64,000 bases of DNA from Trueperaceae bacterium (GTDB lineage: Bacteria > Deinococcota > Deinococci > Deinococcales > Trueperaceae), in contig JAXHLW010000013.1 in the NCBI GenBank assembly GCA_034521815.1, positions 736,001 to 800,000 on the forward strand, read 5' to 3'. Under the pieces are notes generated by a model, which was not told the origin of the DNA, made no database searches, and saw only the letters and a program-made list of their open reading frames with translations. This document shows, in pieces, positions 9,765-19,241 of this stretch (positions within the stretch are counted from its first letter, which is position 1; every line of letters starts with the position of its first letter). Position numbers and translations under genes: made by a program.

Positions 9765-10466
9765 TCAGCCGTCCTTGGCCCAGAGGATTCGTCCGCACGA
9801 CGGGCATCGCACCACGGACGCCCCCTTCTTCGCCTTCTGCACCACGTGGATCGGGAGCTGCACGTTGCAGCCTCCGCACCGCCGGCCCTCGGCCAGCTCG
9901 ACCAGGCCGACGCCGCGCTTCGAGCGCCGCACCTGCTCGTACTGCTTCAAGAGCGGCTTCTGCACGTCGGCGGCCAGGGCGTTCCGAGCCTCGCGCAGCT
10001 CCGTCTCGCGCACGTCGATCTCGGCGAGACGCTCTTCCTCCTGGGATTCCATCTCGTCGTGCCGGGGCACGAGCTCGGCGAGCTGGGCCTCGAGCTCGGC
10101 GACGACCGTCTCGAGCTCCTCGAGCTCGCCCATGAGCGGGAGGGTGTCCTCCTCGAGCTCCTGCGCACGGGTGGAGAACTGCAGCTCCTGATTCTGGAAC
10201 TGGGCCGCCTCCTTGGGGCTGTCCGCCCGCAACGACGACTCCGACGCGACCTTCACGCGGTCGCGCAATCCTTGCAGCTCGACGTCGGCTGCGCGCACGC
10301 GCGCCCGGAGCGCATCGCGCTCGGTCGTTCGATCGGCGAGACGCGACTCGAGAGCGCGGCGCTCGCTCCGGATCTCGACGAGCTCGGCGGGCACCTGCGC
10401 CCGCTCGGCGTCGAGGGAATCGAGCTGCAGATCGCGGGCCTGCACCTCGCTCAATCGTTCCAGCAT
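9765..10466 (-). CDS. Coiled-coil C4 zinc-ribbon protein (DUF164/CdsZ-like)
   Basis: Long coiled coil, CGGC...CPSCGRIL and a GGAGG SD before ATG 10466. Confidence 0.9.
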   Translation of the reverse strand: MLERLSEVQARDLQLDSLDAERAQVPAELVEIRSERRALESRLADRTTERDALRARVRAADVELQGLRDRVKVASESSLRADSPKEAAQFQNQELQFSTRAQELEEDTLPLMGELEELETVVAELEAQLAELVPRHDEMESQEEERLAEIDVRETELREARNALAADVQKPLLKQYEQVRRSKRGVGLVELAEGRRCGGCNVQLPIHVVQKAKKGASVVRCPSCGRILWAKDG

Positions 10467-10597
10467 GTCGTCCTCCAGAATGACGCTGCAGCGACGCCTC
10501 CCGGCAGGCGCGCCCAGTGACGCGCCCAATGAAAACTCCGTCCGGCGTCGGCCGAACGGAGGAACGTTCCGTCCAATTTTGCGGAGGCTTCGGTCAC
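10451..10597 (-). CDS. Putative leaderless Trp-rich uORF (48 aa)
   Basis: TGC-TATCCT extended -10 lies 7 nt before GTG 10597. Peptide MTEASAKLDGTFLRSADAGRSFHWARHWARLPGGVAAASFWRTTCWND. Confidence 0.35.
   Translation of the reverse strand: MTEASAKLDGTFLRSADAGRSFHWARHWARLPGGVAAASFWRTTCWND
10528..10561 (-). terminator. Terminator-like hairpin in the leader of the zinc-ribbon gene
   Basis: Minus strand CTCCGTTCGGC-CGAC-GCCGGACGGAG-TTTTCATT: 11-bp stem with one GU pair. Confidence 0.55.
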
Positions 10598-10637
10598 GCC
10601 CACCAGGATAGCACGCGTCCGAGGTATGGTCGTGGCC

Positions 10638-11129
10638 ATGATCGAGGAGGGTCCCGACGCGTTCATGAAGCGCTGGCGCGAGTACGCGTCCGACGCCGTG
10701 CTGTTCGCGCGGCCGGAGGGCAGTCCGCTCCTCGAGGCGGAGCTCGGCGGAGCCGTCTTGCAGCTGCTCGAGCGCACGAATCCGTACCTGGCGAGCCCCG
10801 GCGCCGCCCGGCTGCTCGTCAACCCCACCGCGACGCTGATCGAGGTCGCCGAGGAGCCGGCCGGGGAGGACGAGGCCCCCGAGCTGATCGTGCCTGCCAG
10901 GGGCGCCGTCTCGGGACGGGGGCGCGTCGTCGAGGCCGAAGGGCGCATCGTGGTCGTCGACGCCGGAACGCCGATCGTGCTGGCGTGCGAAGGCGTTCCG
11001 CCGGAGGGCGCCACGACGATCGGCGCCTGGGTTCGCTTCGAGGCCGCCCCGCCGATCCACGGCTTCGTCGTGTCGGCGGGCGTGCGCGCGAGACCGACCG
11101 AGCTCACCCCGATCGACGAAGCGCACTGA
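10638..11129 (+). CDS. Hypothetical protein
   Basis: Host-like codon usage. TATGGT 7 nt before ATG 10638 (alternative start 10626). Confidence 0.75.
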   Translation: MIEEGPDAFMKRWREYASDAVLFARPEGSPLLEAELGGAVLQLLERTNPYLASPGAARLLVNPTATLIEVAEEPAGEDEAPELIVPARGAVSGRGRVVEAEGRIVVVDAGTPIVLACEGVPPEGATTIGAWVRFEAAPPIHGFVVSAGVRARPTELTPIDEAH

Positions 11130-11135
11130 CGCGGC

Positions 11136-11168
11136 GCGCGCGGCCGAGCGCGCGGCCGAGCGCGCGGC
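11136..11168. repeat. 12-bp tandem repeat, about 2.7 copies
   Basis: GCGCGCGGCCGA units. Confidence 0.8.
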
Positions 11169-11247
11169 TCACGACGCGCGCCGGCGAGCGGTCGGTCTGT
11201 CGTCCTGCCGGGCGCGCCGCCGCCGCCGCTCTGCTACGGTGGCCCGC

Positions 11248-12636
11248 ATGCCGCTTCCAGATCCCCTCCGGCCTACCCCCACGGTGCACCGCGTCACGCC
11301 CGGCAGTCCTGCCGAGCGCGCCGGCGTTCGCCCGGGATGGCGCCTGTGGGACGTGGGCGGCGCCGAGATCCCCGACATCCTCGCCTACCGTCGCGAGCTG
11401 GCACGCGGCGACGTCGAGCTTCGGCTCGTCGATCCAGGCGGCCATGAGCATCGACTCTCGGTCGCGTGGGAAGACCCCGGCCTCGAGTTCGACGACGTGA
11501 TCTTCGACGGCATCCGCCGCTGCGCGAACAAGTGCGAGTTCTGCTACGTCCACCAGATGCCGCAGGGGTTCCGCAAGAGCCTGTACATGATGGACGACGA
11601 CTTCCGCACCAGCTTCCTCTACGGCAGCTTCGTGACGATGACGAACCTCAGCGACCACGACGTGCAGCGCATCCTCGACGAACAGCTGAGCCCTCTCTAC
11701 GTCTCGGTGCACACCGCGAACGAGGACCTTCGCGCCGACATGATGAAGTGGTGGCGGCTCAAGGTGAAGGATCCGCGGGCGACGCGCATCCGCGACATGA
11801 TCGAGCGTCTGGAGCCGATCGATCTGTACACGCAGATGGTGCTTCTGCCCGGACGCAACGATGGCGAGCACCTCGAAGAGACGCTGGCCTACCTGGCGTC
11901 GCGGCCCAACGTCCAGGCGGTGGCCGCCGTCCCCGTGGGCCTGACCGATCACCGCAGGAACCTGCCCGACCTGCGTCCCTACCGGCCGGACGAGGCCGAG
12001 GACGTGATCAGACGGACCGAAGCGGTGCAGCGGCGCATGCTGGCCGAGCGTGGCTCGCGCTTCGTGTTCCTCTCCGACGAGTTCTACCTGACGGCGGGGC
12101 GCCCCCTGCCCTCCGCCGAGGCGTACGAGGGGTTCCCGATGCTCGAGAACGGCGTCGGCATGGTGCGCGACTTCCTGGCACGCCCCCTGCCTCCGTTGCC
12201 GGCGGCGCTCGACCGACCGCGCAAGGTCCTGTTGGCCACCGGCGCCCTGTTCGCGCCCGTGCTCGAGCGGGCCGTCGAGCCGTTGCGTGCCGTGGGCGGC
12301 CTCGAGATCGAGGTCCGCGCGCTCGCGAATCGCACCTTCGGCGAGGTCACCACGGTGGCGGGCCTGCTGGCGGGACGCGACATCCTGCTCGGCATCGAGC
12401 CGGGCGAGGCCGACCTGCTCCTGCTCAGCCCCAACGTGCTCAAGTACGGCACCGAGACGCTCCTGGACGACCGCACGCTGGACGATCTCCGCCGCGAGCT
12501 GCGAATGGCCGTCGAGCCGGGGGGGACCGACCTGGCCGAGCTGGCCACCAGCATCCTGACCGGCGCGGGCGAGCGCCACCTGCCGCAGTTCGGCTTCTCG
12601 ACGCACGCCATCAAGGAGAGCGCCAAGCAGCACTGA
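11248..12636 (+). CDS. DUF512 radical-SAM-like Fe-S protein with N-terminal PDZ domain
   Basis: PGSPAERAG, CANKCEFC, DDDFRTSF and FLSDEFY...ENGVG. Confidence 0.9.
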   Translation: MPLPDPLRPTPTVHRVTPGSPAERAGVRPGWRLWDVGGAEIPDILAYRRELARGDVELRLVDPGGHEHRLSVAWEDPGLEFDDVIFDGIRRCANKCEFCYVHQMPQGFRKSLYMMDDDFRTSFLYGSFVTMTNLSDHDVQRILDEQLSPLYVSVHTANEDLRADMMKWWRLKVKDPRATRIRDMIERLEPIDLYTQMVLLPGRNDGEHLEETLAYLASRPNVQAVAAVPVGLTDHRRNLPDLRPYRPDEAEDVIRRTEAVQRRMLAERGSRFVFLSDEFYLTAGRPLPSAEAYEGFPMLENGVGMVRDFLARPLPPLPAALDRPRKVLLATGALFAPVLERAVEPLRAVGGLEIEVRALANRTFGEVTTVAGLLAGRDILLGIEPGEADLLLLSPNVLKYGTETLLDDRTLDDLRRELRMAVEPGGTDLAELATSILTGAGERHLPQFGFSTHAIKESAKQH

Positions 12637-12682
12637 ACGGCGGCCCACGGGCGTTCGCGCTCGTGGGCGGTAGCATGGCGTC

Positions 12683-14065
12683 ATGATCGACATCGACCTC
12701 CGCAACCTGTCCGCGAGCCGCATCGGCCCCGACCGAGGGTTCGACCTCGACGCAGAGACGGCCGCGCTGGCGCCGCACCTGGACCGCGACGCCGACGCGC
12801 TGCGCGGGCGACGGAGCGATCCGGCGCAGATGCTGGGCTGGATCGACCTTCCCACCGACCAGGACGCCGTCGTGGACGACATCGAAGCGTACGCGCAGGA
12901 GGCTTTCGGCCGCTTCGACGACCTGGTGGTGCTGGGGATCGGCGGGTCCAGCCTGGGGGCGGCGGCGGTCGTCTCGGCGCTGCAGCATCCGGCCCGCGCG
13001 CTGCAGGGGAGCGCCGGGCACGGCCTCCGCGTCCACTTCGTGGACAACGTCGACGCGGACGTGGTGGGCGGTCTGCTCGAGGTGCTCGACCCCGCGCGAA
13101 CGCTCGTGAACGTGATCAGCAAGAGCGGAACGACGGCCGAGACGATGGCCGCCTACCTGGCGTTCGAGGCGTGGCTCCGCGCGGAGCTGGGCGACGGGTT
13201 CCGCGAGCACGTCGCGATCACCACCGACCCGGAGACCGGCATCCTGCGGCCGCTGGCCGAACGGGACGACATCCGCGCGTTCGCGGTGCCGCCCTCGGTC
13301 GGGGGCCGCTTCAGCGTCCTCTCGCCGGTGGGGCTCCTGCCCATCGCTTTGGCGGGCGCGGACGTCCGAGCCTTGCTGGCGGGAGCCGCCCGCGCCAACG
13401 AGGCCGCCGCCCGTCCGCTCCACGAGAGCGCGCCGAAGCTGGGCGCGGCGGCCCAGCTGTTGACCGCACGCCGTGGAGCGATGATCAGCGTCCTGATGCC
13501 GTACTCGACGCGGCTGCGGCGCCTCTCGGACTGGTTCGTGCAGCTCTGGGCCGAGTCGCTGGGCAAGGCCGTGAACCGTCGGGGCGCCCGCGTCCACGCC
13601 GGAACGACGCCGCTGCCCGCGGTGGGGACGACCGATCAGCACTCGCAGGTCCAGCTGTTCAACGAGGGGCCGTTCGACAAGGTCGTCGCCTTCGTCCGCA
13701 TCGGCGAGCCCGATCAGGACCGTCCGATCCCGGAGCCGCGCGAAGGGCTCGGCGCTCTCGCGTACCTGGGCGGGAAACGCTTCCACGAGCTGATGAACGC
13801 CGAGCTGGCCGCGACCGCGCACGCGCTGGCCGCTCACCGCCGAGCGAACTACACGCTCCGCCTGCCTCGGGCCGACGCCGAGCACCTCGGCGAGCTGCTG
13901 CAGACGCTGATGTGGCAGACCGCCCTGGTCGGCGAGCGCTGGGGGATCGACGCCTACGACCAGCCCGGCGTCGAGCTGGGCAAGGTGTACACCTACGCCC
14001 TGATGGGTCGCGACGGGTTCGACGAGGAGCGCCGCGAGCTGGCCGACGCCGGCGTGGACGCCTAG
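12683..14065 (+). CDS. pgi: Glucose-6-phosphate isomerase
   Basis: GIGGSSLG, SKSGTTAET, GGRFSV, QLWAESLGK and DQPGVELGK. Confidence 0.97.
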   Translation: MIDIDLRNLSASRIGPDRGFDLDAETAALAPHLDRDADALRGRRSDPAQMLGWIDLPTDQDAVVDDIEAYAQEAFGRFDDLVVLGIGGSSLGAAAVVSALQHPARALQGSAGHGLRVHFVDNVDADVVGGLLEVLDPARTLVNVISKSGTTAETMAAYLAFEAWLRAELGDGFREHVAITTDPETGILRPLAERDDIRAFAVPPSVGGRFSVLSPVGLLPIALAGADVRALLAGAARANEAAARPLHESAPKLGAAAQLLTARRGAMISVLMPYSTRLRRLSDWFVQLWAESLGKAVNRRGARVHAGTTPLPAVGTTDQHSQVQLFNEGPFDKVVAFVRIGEPDQDRPIPEPREGLGALAYLGGKRFHELMNAELAATAHALAAHRRANYTLRLPRADAEHLGELLQTLMWQTALVGERWGIDAYDQPGVELGKVYTYALMGRDGFDEERRELADAGVDA

Positions 14066-14075
14066 CCAGGTGCCC

Positions 14076-14954
14076 ATGAGCGACACCTTCATGGCGCGAC
14101 CACGGCGCGACGTGCGCACCTTCCTGTCGTTCGTGAAGTTCGAGCACACCCTGTTCGCGCTGCCGTTCGCGTACGCGGGGATGGTGCTGGCCGCGCGCGG
14201 CTGGCCCGGGCTCGCGACGTTCGCGTGGATCACGGTCGCCATGGTCGGCGCCCGGACCGCGGCGATGGCGATCAACCGGGTCGTGGACGCACGCATCGAC
14301 GCGCGCAACCCACGGACGGCGGACCGCGAGATCCCGACCGGCAGGCTGACGCGTCGCGACGGGATCGCCCTGGCCATCGTCGGCTTCGCGCTGCTCGGCG
14401 TCGCCGGCTGGGCCCTGAACCCGTTGACCGCCGCGCTGCTGCCGGTCGCGGCCCTGTTCCTGATCCTCTACCCGTGGACGAAACGCGTGACCTGGGCATG
14501 CCACGCCTGGCTGGGCGTCACGATCGGCGCCGCCGCGGCAGGAGGGGCGATCGCCGTCACCGGCCGATTCGACGTCGAGGCGGTGCTGCTCTGGGTGGCG
14601 GTCGGCGCCTGGATCGCGGGGTTCGACGTGATCTACGCGCTGCTCGATCTCGAGTTCGACCGGGAGCACGCCGTGCACAGCGTGCCGGCGCGGTTCGGCG
14701 TGCGCCGCGCGCTCGCGATCTCGGCGGGGGCGCACGTCGTCGCCAGCGCCGCGCTGCTCGCGCTGGGGGCGGTGTCGCCGTTGGGCTGGCCGTACCTGGT
14801 CGTCGTGTCGCTCGGCGTGGTGCCGCTGCTGGTCGCGCAGCAGCTGCTGGTCCGTCGGCGCGGCGCCGGGGCCGCGCTCCGCGCGTTCAACGCCAACTTG
14901 TGGGTGTCGGCGCTGGTCCTCATCGGCGTCGCGTTGGATCTGGCACGAAGCTAG
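14076..14954 (+). CDS. mqnP: UbiA-family prenyltransferase of futalosine menaquinone pathway (MqnP-like)
   Basis: KFEHTLFALPF, ARTAAMAINR..DARIDARNPRT and FDVIYALLD. Confidence 0.85.
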   Translation: MSDTFMARPRRDVRTFLSFVKFEHTLFALPFAYAGMVLAARGWPGLATFAWITVAMVGARTAAMAINRVVDARIDARNPRTADREIPTGRLTRRDGIALAIVGFALLGVAGWALNPLTAALLPVAALFLILYPWTKRVTWACHAWLGVTIGAAAAGGAIAVTGRFDVEAVLLWVAVGAWIAGFDVIYALLDLEFDREHAVHSVPARFGVRRALAISAGAHVVASAALLALGAVSPLGWPYLVVVSLGVVPLLVAQQLLVRRRGAGAALRAFNANLWVSALVLIGVALDLARS

Positions 14955-14979
14955 CGCCCGTCGCTGGTAGCCTGGGGGC

Positions 14980-15663
14980 GTGGACGAACTCGCGGTCTTT
15001 CCGCTCGGCGTCGTCGTGTTCCCCGGCATGACGGTCCCGCTCCACGTGTTCGAGGAGCGCTACAAGCGACTCGTCAAGCATGCGGCGTCGCTCGAGCCAC
15101 CCCGTTTCGTGATCGCTCCGCCCCCCAGCGACGGCCTGGAGGACGAGGGCGCGGCGCGACCCGGCGAGGTGGGCACCATCATGGACGTCCTGGACACGAC
15201 GGAGAACCTGGACGGATCGATTCGCCTGCTGGCGCACGGTCGCGAGCGCTGCCGGGCGAGGCACGTGCGCGAGGAGCGCGTGCAGGAGCCCGGCGGGGGA
15301 GAGCGACCCCTCTGGTTCGCCGAGGTGGAGCCGTGGCCGGTCGAGCGGGGCGATCCGAACGAGGAGCGGGTCGCGGCGTGGGACGCGCTCGAGGCGTTCG
15401 ACGCGTACGGATCGGTGTTCTTCGCTCCGCAGGCGCGCGATCAGGCGTCGAACGCGATGCCCGACGACCCGCTCTACCAGGCGTCGTTCATCTGCGCGAA
15501 CCTCAGGTTGCCGACCGATCGTGCCCAGCGGCTGCTCGAGGCGCCCACGCTGGTGGATCGCTTCAAGGCGGCACGGGCGGCGATCGACGCCCGGATCGCC
15601 TCCCACGACGCCGGCGCGCCGGACGACGGGTTCGACGTCGGCGAGCCCAGCGGTCTTGCGTGA
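14980..15663 (+). CDS. Stand-alone LON substrate-binding (N) domain protein
   Basis: FPLGVVVFPG..VPLHVFEERY; no AAA+ or protease domain. Confidence 0.88.
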   Translation: MDELAVFPLGVVVFPGMTVPLHVFEERYKRLVKHAASLEPPRFVIAPPPSDGLEDEGAARPGEVGTIMDVLDTTENLDGSIRLLAHGRERCRARHVREERVQEPGGGERPLWFAEVEPWPVERGDPNEERVAAWDALEAFDAYGSVFFAPQARDQASNAMPDDPLYQASFICANLRLPTDRAQRLLEAPTLVDRFKAARAAIDARIASHDAGAPDDGFDVGEPSGLA

Positions 15664-16751
15664 CGTCCGTCGGACCGGTCTTCAGCTGGGACCGGCTGCC
15701 GGCCGTGAGCGGCGATCTCGAGCCGACGGGCGGAACGATCCGGGGGACGCCCGACGAGTTCCGGGTCACCGAGATTCCCTCCTACCTGCCCGAGGGGCGC
15801 GGCTCGCACCTGTACCTGCGGGTGCGCAAGCGCGGGCTGACCACGCGTGATCTCGTGGTCGCGCTGCGCGATGCCGGGATTCCCGACGCGCGAATCGGCG
15901 TCGCCGGCCTGAAGGACAAGCACGCCGTGACGGAGCAGTGGCTGTCGGTACCGTGGGCGCTCCGCGAGGAGGCGTCGGCCCTGGACGAGATGCCGGGAGC
16001 GGAGGTGCTCGAGCGGTCGCGCCACCGCAACAAGCTGGGCGTCGGCCACCTGCGCGGGAATCGGTTCGAGATCGTGCTTCGCGACGTCACGGGCGACGCG
16101 GAGAGCCGGGCACGAGCCGTGGCGGACAGGCTCGCGGAGGTCGGCGTGCCGAACTACTTCGGTCCGCAGCGCTTCGGTCGCTTCGGGCGGAACGCCGTCG
16201 ACGGTCTGCGCCTGCTGGCGGGCGAGAAGGTTCCGGGCGACCGCAGGCTGCAACGCTTCTTCCTCTCCGCGGTGCAGAGCTGGATCTTCAACGAGCTCCT
16301 CGCCGGACGCATCCGCGACGGGCTGTACCGGACCGTGCTGCCCGGCGACTGGGCGCGCCGGCACGACAGCGGTGGAACGTTCCGCGTCGAGGACGCCCCG
16401 GCGGAGGCGCCGCGCGCCGAGCGGCTCGAGATCAGCGCGCTGCTGCCGCTGCACGGTCGGAAGGTGCGCATCTCGGCGGGCGAGCCGGGTCGGCGCGAGC
16501 AGGCGGCGCTTTCCGAGCTGGGCATCGCCTGGACCGACCTGACCGGGCGGCGCGGCGACCGGCGGCCGTCGCGCGTGGTCGCCGAGGACGTCACGATCGA
16601 GGCGGAGGACGATCGGCTCCGGATCGGCTTCACGCTGCCCAAAGGCGCGTACGCGACGTCGTTCCTGCGGGAGATCACCGGCCAGCCGGTGGACCAGCCT
16701 GCCACCGACGCCGACGCCGACGTTCACGAAACCGACGGCCACGAAGCGTAG
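15660..16751 (+). CDS. truD: tRNA pseudouridine(13) synthase TruD
   Basis: FRVTE, AGLKDKHAVTEQ, GNRF, PNYFGPQRFG and FTLPKGAYAT. Confidence 0.96.
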   Translation: MTSVGPVFSWDRLPAVSGDLEPTGGTIRGTPDEFRVTEIPSYLPEGRGSHLYLRVRKRGLTTRDLVVALRDAGIPDARIGVAGLKDKHAVTEQWLSVPWALREEASALDEMPGAEVLERSRHRNKLGVGHLRGNRFEIVLRDVTGDAESRARAVADRLAEVGVPNYFGPQRFGRFGRNAVDGLRLLAGEKVPGDRRLQRFFLSAVQSWIFNELLAGRIRDGLYRTVLPGDWARRHDSGGTFRVEDAPAEAPRAERLEISALLPLHGRKVRISAGEPGRREQAALSELGIAWTDLTGRRGDRRPSRVVAEDVTIEAEDDRLRIGFTLPKGAYATSFLREITGQPVDQPATDADADVHETDGHEA

Positions 16752-16778
16752 GGTCCGGCGCCCGACAGCGCGGCCGCC

Positions 16779-19178
16779 TCAGCGTCGACCGAGCCGGCGC
16801 CACGCCAGCTCCGTGAGCAGCAACGCGCCGGCCAGGGCCGCCGCCCACGGCGCCAGCGACCTGGGCCTGGGCGCGGGACCGGGGTTCCATGCCGCGCCGA
16901 CGTCCAGGACGGTTCCTCCGCTGGCCTCGGCCAGCGAGCGGAGCGCCGCCGCACCGTCCCCCGAGCGGAACTCGGGATCCTGGGCGACGAACCGTGCCCG
17001 CGCGACCACCTCGCGCCCCTCGGCGACGACGACCGGCTCTCCCGCCGCCGACAAGGGGAGGGGCACGGCGTAGCGGCCCGGCCCGACCGCCCGCAGCGGA
17101 AGCTCCTCGCCCCCCGTCCGCGCGACCAGCGACAAGCCGTCCAGGAACCGGCCGTTCTCGACCGCGTCGACGATCAGCGTGCCGGCGCCCGTGCCGGCGC
17201 CCGTGCCCGCCGCCCCGTCGTCGATGGTCGCCGCGAAGCGGTCGGGACGCGCCGCCAGCCATCGCACCACGTCGCCCAGCAGGCCCGGCAGCGGCTCCCA
17301 CCCGCCGAGCTCGCCCGCCCAGGCCGAAAGATCGGTGGTGAACGCGGCGGTCCGCCCCAGGCCCTGCCGACGGACGGACAGCAGCGTCTCCTCGTCGCCG
17401 TAGCTCCACAGCGCCTCCGCGTCGGGCTTCAGCGTCGTCGCCACGTAGGCGTTGGGGCCGGGCGGGGCCGGACGCCCGGCCAGCAGCGGGTGCGGCCGGA
17501 CCGCGGGGGCTCCGGGCTCCTGACGAACCAGCGACCTCGTGGCGGTGAGCGCCTCGCCGGCGAAGATCCGGGGCAGGGTGGCGACGTCCAGTGCCTCGTA
17601 GTACCGGCCCCCGCCGGCCCTGGCCAACGAGCGCAGCCGGTCGAAATCGGCTTGGGCTCCTACCGCGATGGTGCTGATGCTGATCCCGTCGTCTCGTGCC
17701 GAGACCGCCTCGGCGTCGAGGTCCAAGGGCGGCCCGCCGAACGGCCCCTCGCCGTCGTAGAGACGACCGTCCGTCAGCACGATCACGTGCTTGATCGCCG
17801 CCTCGCTGGCGCGCAACGCCTCGACCGCGTCGCGCAGGGCGGGTCCGAGCACGGTGCCGCCCCGCGTGGTGAGCGTGCGCACCGCGGCCAGCATCTCGAG
17901 CTTCCCCCGAGCGGTCGCCGGCCGTAGCTCGAACACCCACTCGCGCTCGTCGCTGAACGCGATCAGCCCCAGCAGATCGCGTTCGAACGCCAGCTCGACG
18001 ACCTCGGCCGCCCCTTGCCGCGCCAGCGCGATCTTGCTTGGCGACCCGCCTGCCATCGACTGCGAGCGGTCCACCACCATCACCATGGCCACGAGCGGAA
18101 CCCGCACGTCGGTGCGCAGGTCGCCGTCGACAGGAAGGGTGGCCTCGATCGGCGTCCGGTACCAGCCGCCGAGGCCGAAGCTCTCCGGCCCACCGGTCAT
18201 CATCAGGCCGCCGCCGTCGTCCACCCAGCCCGCGAGCGCGTCGAGCTGCGAGCTCGTGAACGATGTGGCCGGCGCGCGCAGGACGACGGCGCCGGCGTCG
18301 ATCGGCAGGCGCAGATCGCCGGGCTCGAGCTCGACGACGTCGAGACCCTGGGCGCGGAGCATCGCGGCCAGGGCAGCGTCGCCGACGACCCGGACGGGAT
18401 CCCGCGTCGTCAGGTCCACGCTGGCGACCAGCGTGTCGTCGGCGGTAGGTTGCTCCCACGGCACCTCGAGGCGCGCCTCGACGCGGGCGGGACCGGCCAC
18501 GGGCAGCGGGATCCGGAACGACTCGGAGGTGCCGGCCGGACCGAGGGCGGTGACGCGCCGCGCCACCTCCTCGCCCCCGACGAAGAGCGTGATCACACCG
18601 TCGCCCGGTCGGTCGGACCGCACCCGGACGTCCGCACGGACGGTGGCGCCCGGATCCGCGTCGACGGGCAGATCCAGCCCCTCCACGCGCGCGTCGTCGC
18701 GTCGCGTCACCGGCAGCACGTCGACCGGCACCGCCGGACGCGCCTGGGCGAGGCCCGAGCGCGTGTCCAACCCGTCGGAGATCAGCAGCACCCGGCCGAC
18801 GCCGCGAGCGGCGACGGTGTCCAGCGCCCGCGCCAGGTCGGAGCGTCCCGGCGCCAGGACCGGATCCACGCTGGCCTCGAGCGACGCGACCTGCGCGGCC
18901 TCGCCGGCCGCGAACCACACCTCGACGTCGGCGGGAAGACCCGTGCCTGCGACGGCTCGCGCGGCAGCGAGCGCGGCTGGGCGTGCGCTGTCGGAGACGT
19001 CGACCACCAGCGCGGTCGTCTGAGCGGGACGGGGAGCGACGGGCTGGGCCAACGCGACGAACAACGAGGCCAACGCCGCCGCACGCAGCACGAAGCCGCG
19101 TCCGCGCGGGAGCCACGGAAGCGCCAGCAGCCCGAGCAGCCACCACGGGTGCGCCAGCGCCAACGGAAAGCCGTCCAC
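16779..19178 (-). CDS. Membrane-anchored vWA / glutamine amidotransferase-like protein
   Basis: N- and C-terminal TMs, MIDAS DVSDS and DRSQSM, LTDG and GGGLMMTGGPESFGLGGW. Confidence 0.85.
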   Translation of the reverse strand: MDGFPLALAHPWWLLGLLALPWLPRGRGFVLRAAALASLFVALAQPVAPRPAQTTALVVDVSDSARPAALAAARAVAGTGLPADVEVWFAAGEAAQVASLEASVDPVLAPGRSDLARALDTVAARGVGRVLLISDGLDTRSGLAQARPAVPVDVLPVTRRDDARVEGLDLPVDADPGATVRADVRVRSDRPGDGVITLFVGGEEVARRVTALGPAGTSESFRIPLPVAGPARVEARLEVPWEQPTADDTLVASVDLTTRDPVRVVGDAALAAMLRAQGLDVVELEPGDLRLPIDAGAVVLRAPATSFTSSQLDALAGWVDDGGGLMMTGGPESFGLGGWYRTPIEATLPVDGDLRTDVRVPLVAMVMVVDRSQSMAGGSPSKIALARQGAAEVVELAFERDLLGLIAFSDEREWVFELRPATARGKLEMLAAVRTLTTRGGTVLGPALRDAVEALRASEAAIKHVIVLTDGRLYDGEGPFGGPPLDLDAEAVSARDDGISISTIAVGAQADFDRLRSLARAGGGRYYEALDVATLPRIFAGEALTATRSLVRQEPGAPAVRPHPLLAGRPAPPGPNAYVATTLKPDAEALWSYGDEETLLSVRRQGLGRTAAFTTDLSAWAGELGGWEPLPGLLGDVVRWLAARPDRFAATIDDGAAGTGAGTGAGTLIVDAVENGRFLDGLSLVARTGGEELPLRAVGPGRYAVPLPLSAAGEPVVVAEGREVVARARFVAQDPEFRSGDGAAALRSLAEASGGTVLDVGAAWNPGPAPRPRSLAPWAAALAGALLLTELAWRRLGRR

Positions 19179-19241
19179 GGCGCCATGCTAGCAGCCTTCG
19201 GCGCGGGTCTCCGCCTCGTCGCGCTGCTATGATGGCCGGCG

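Noticed and set aside
10528-10600. Assignment to a known riboswitch class (c-di-GMP, guanidine-II, ZTP)
   Set aside because: Only fragmentary resemblance (GCAAAA, an ACGT loop); consensus cores were not matched by eye.
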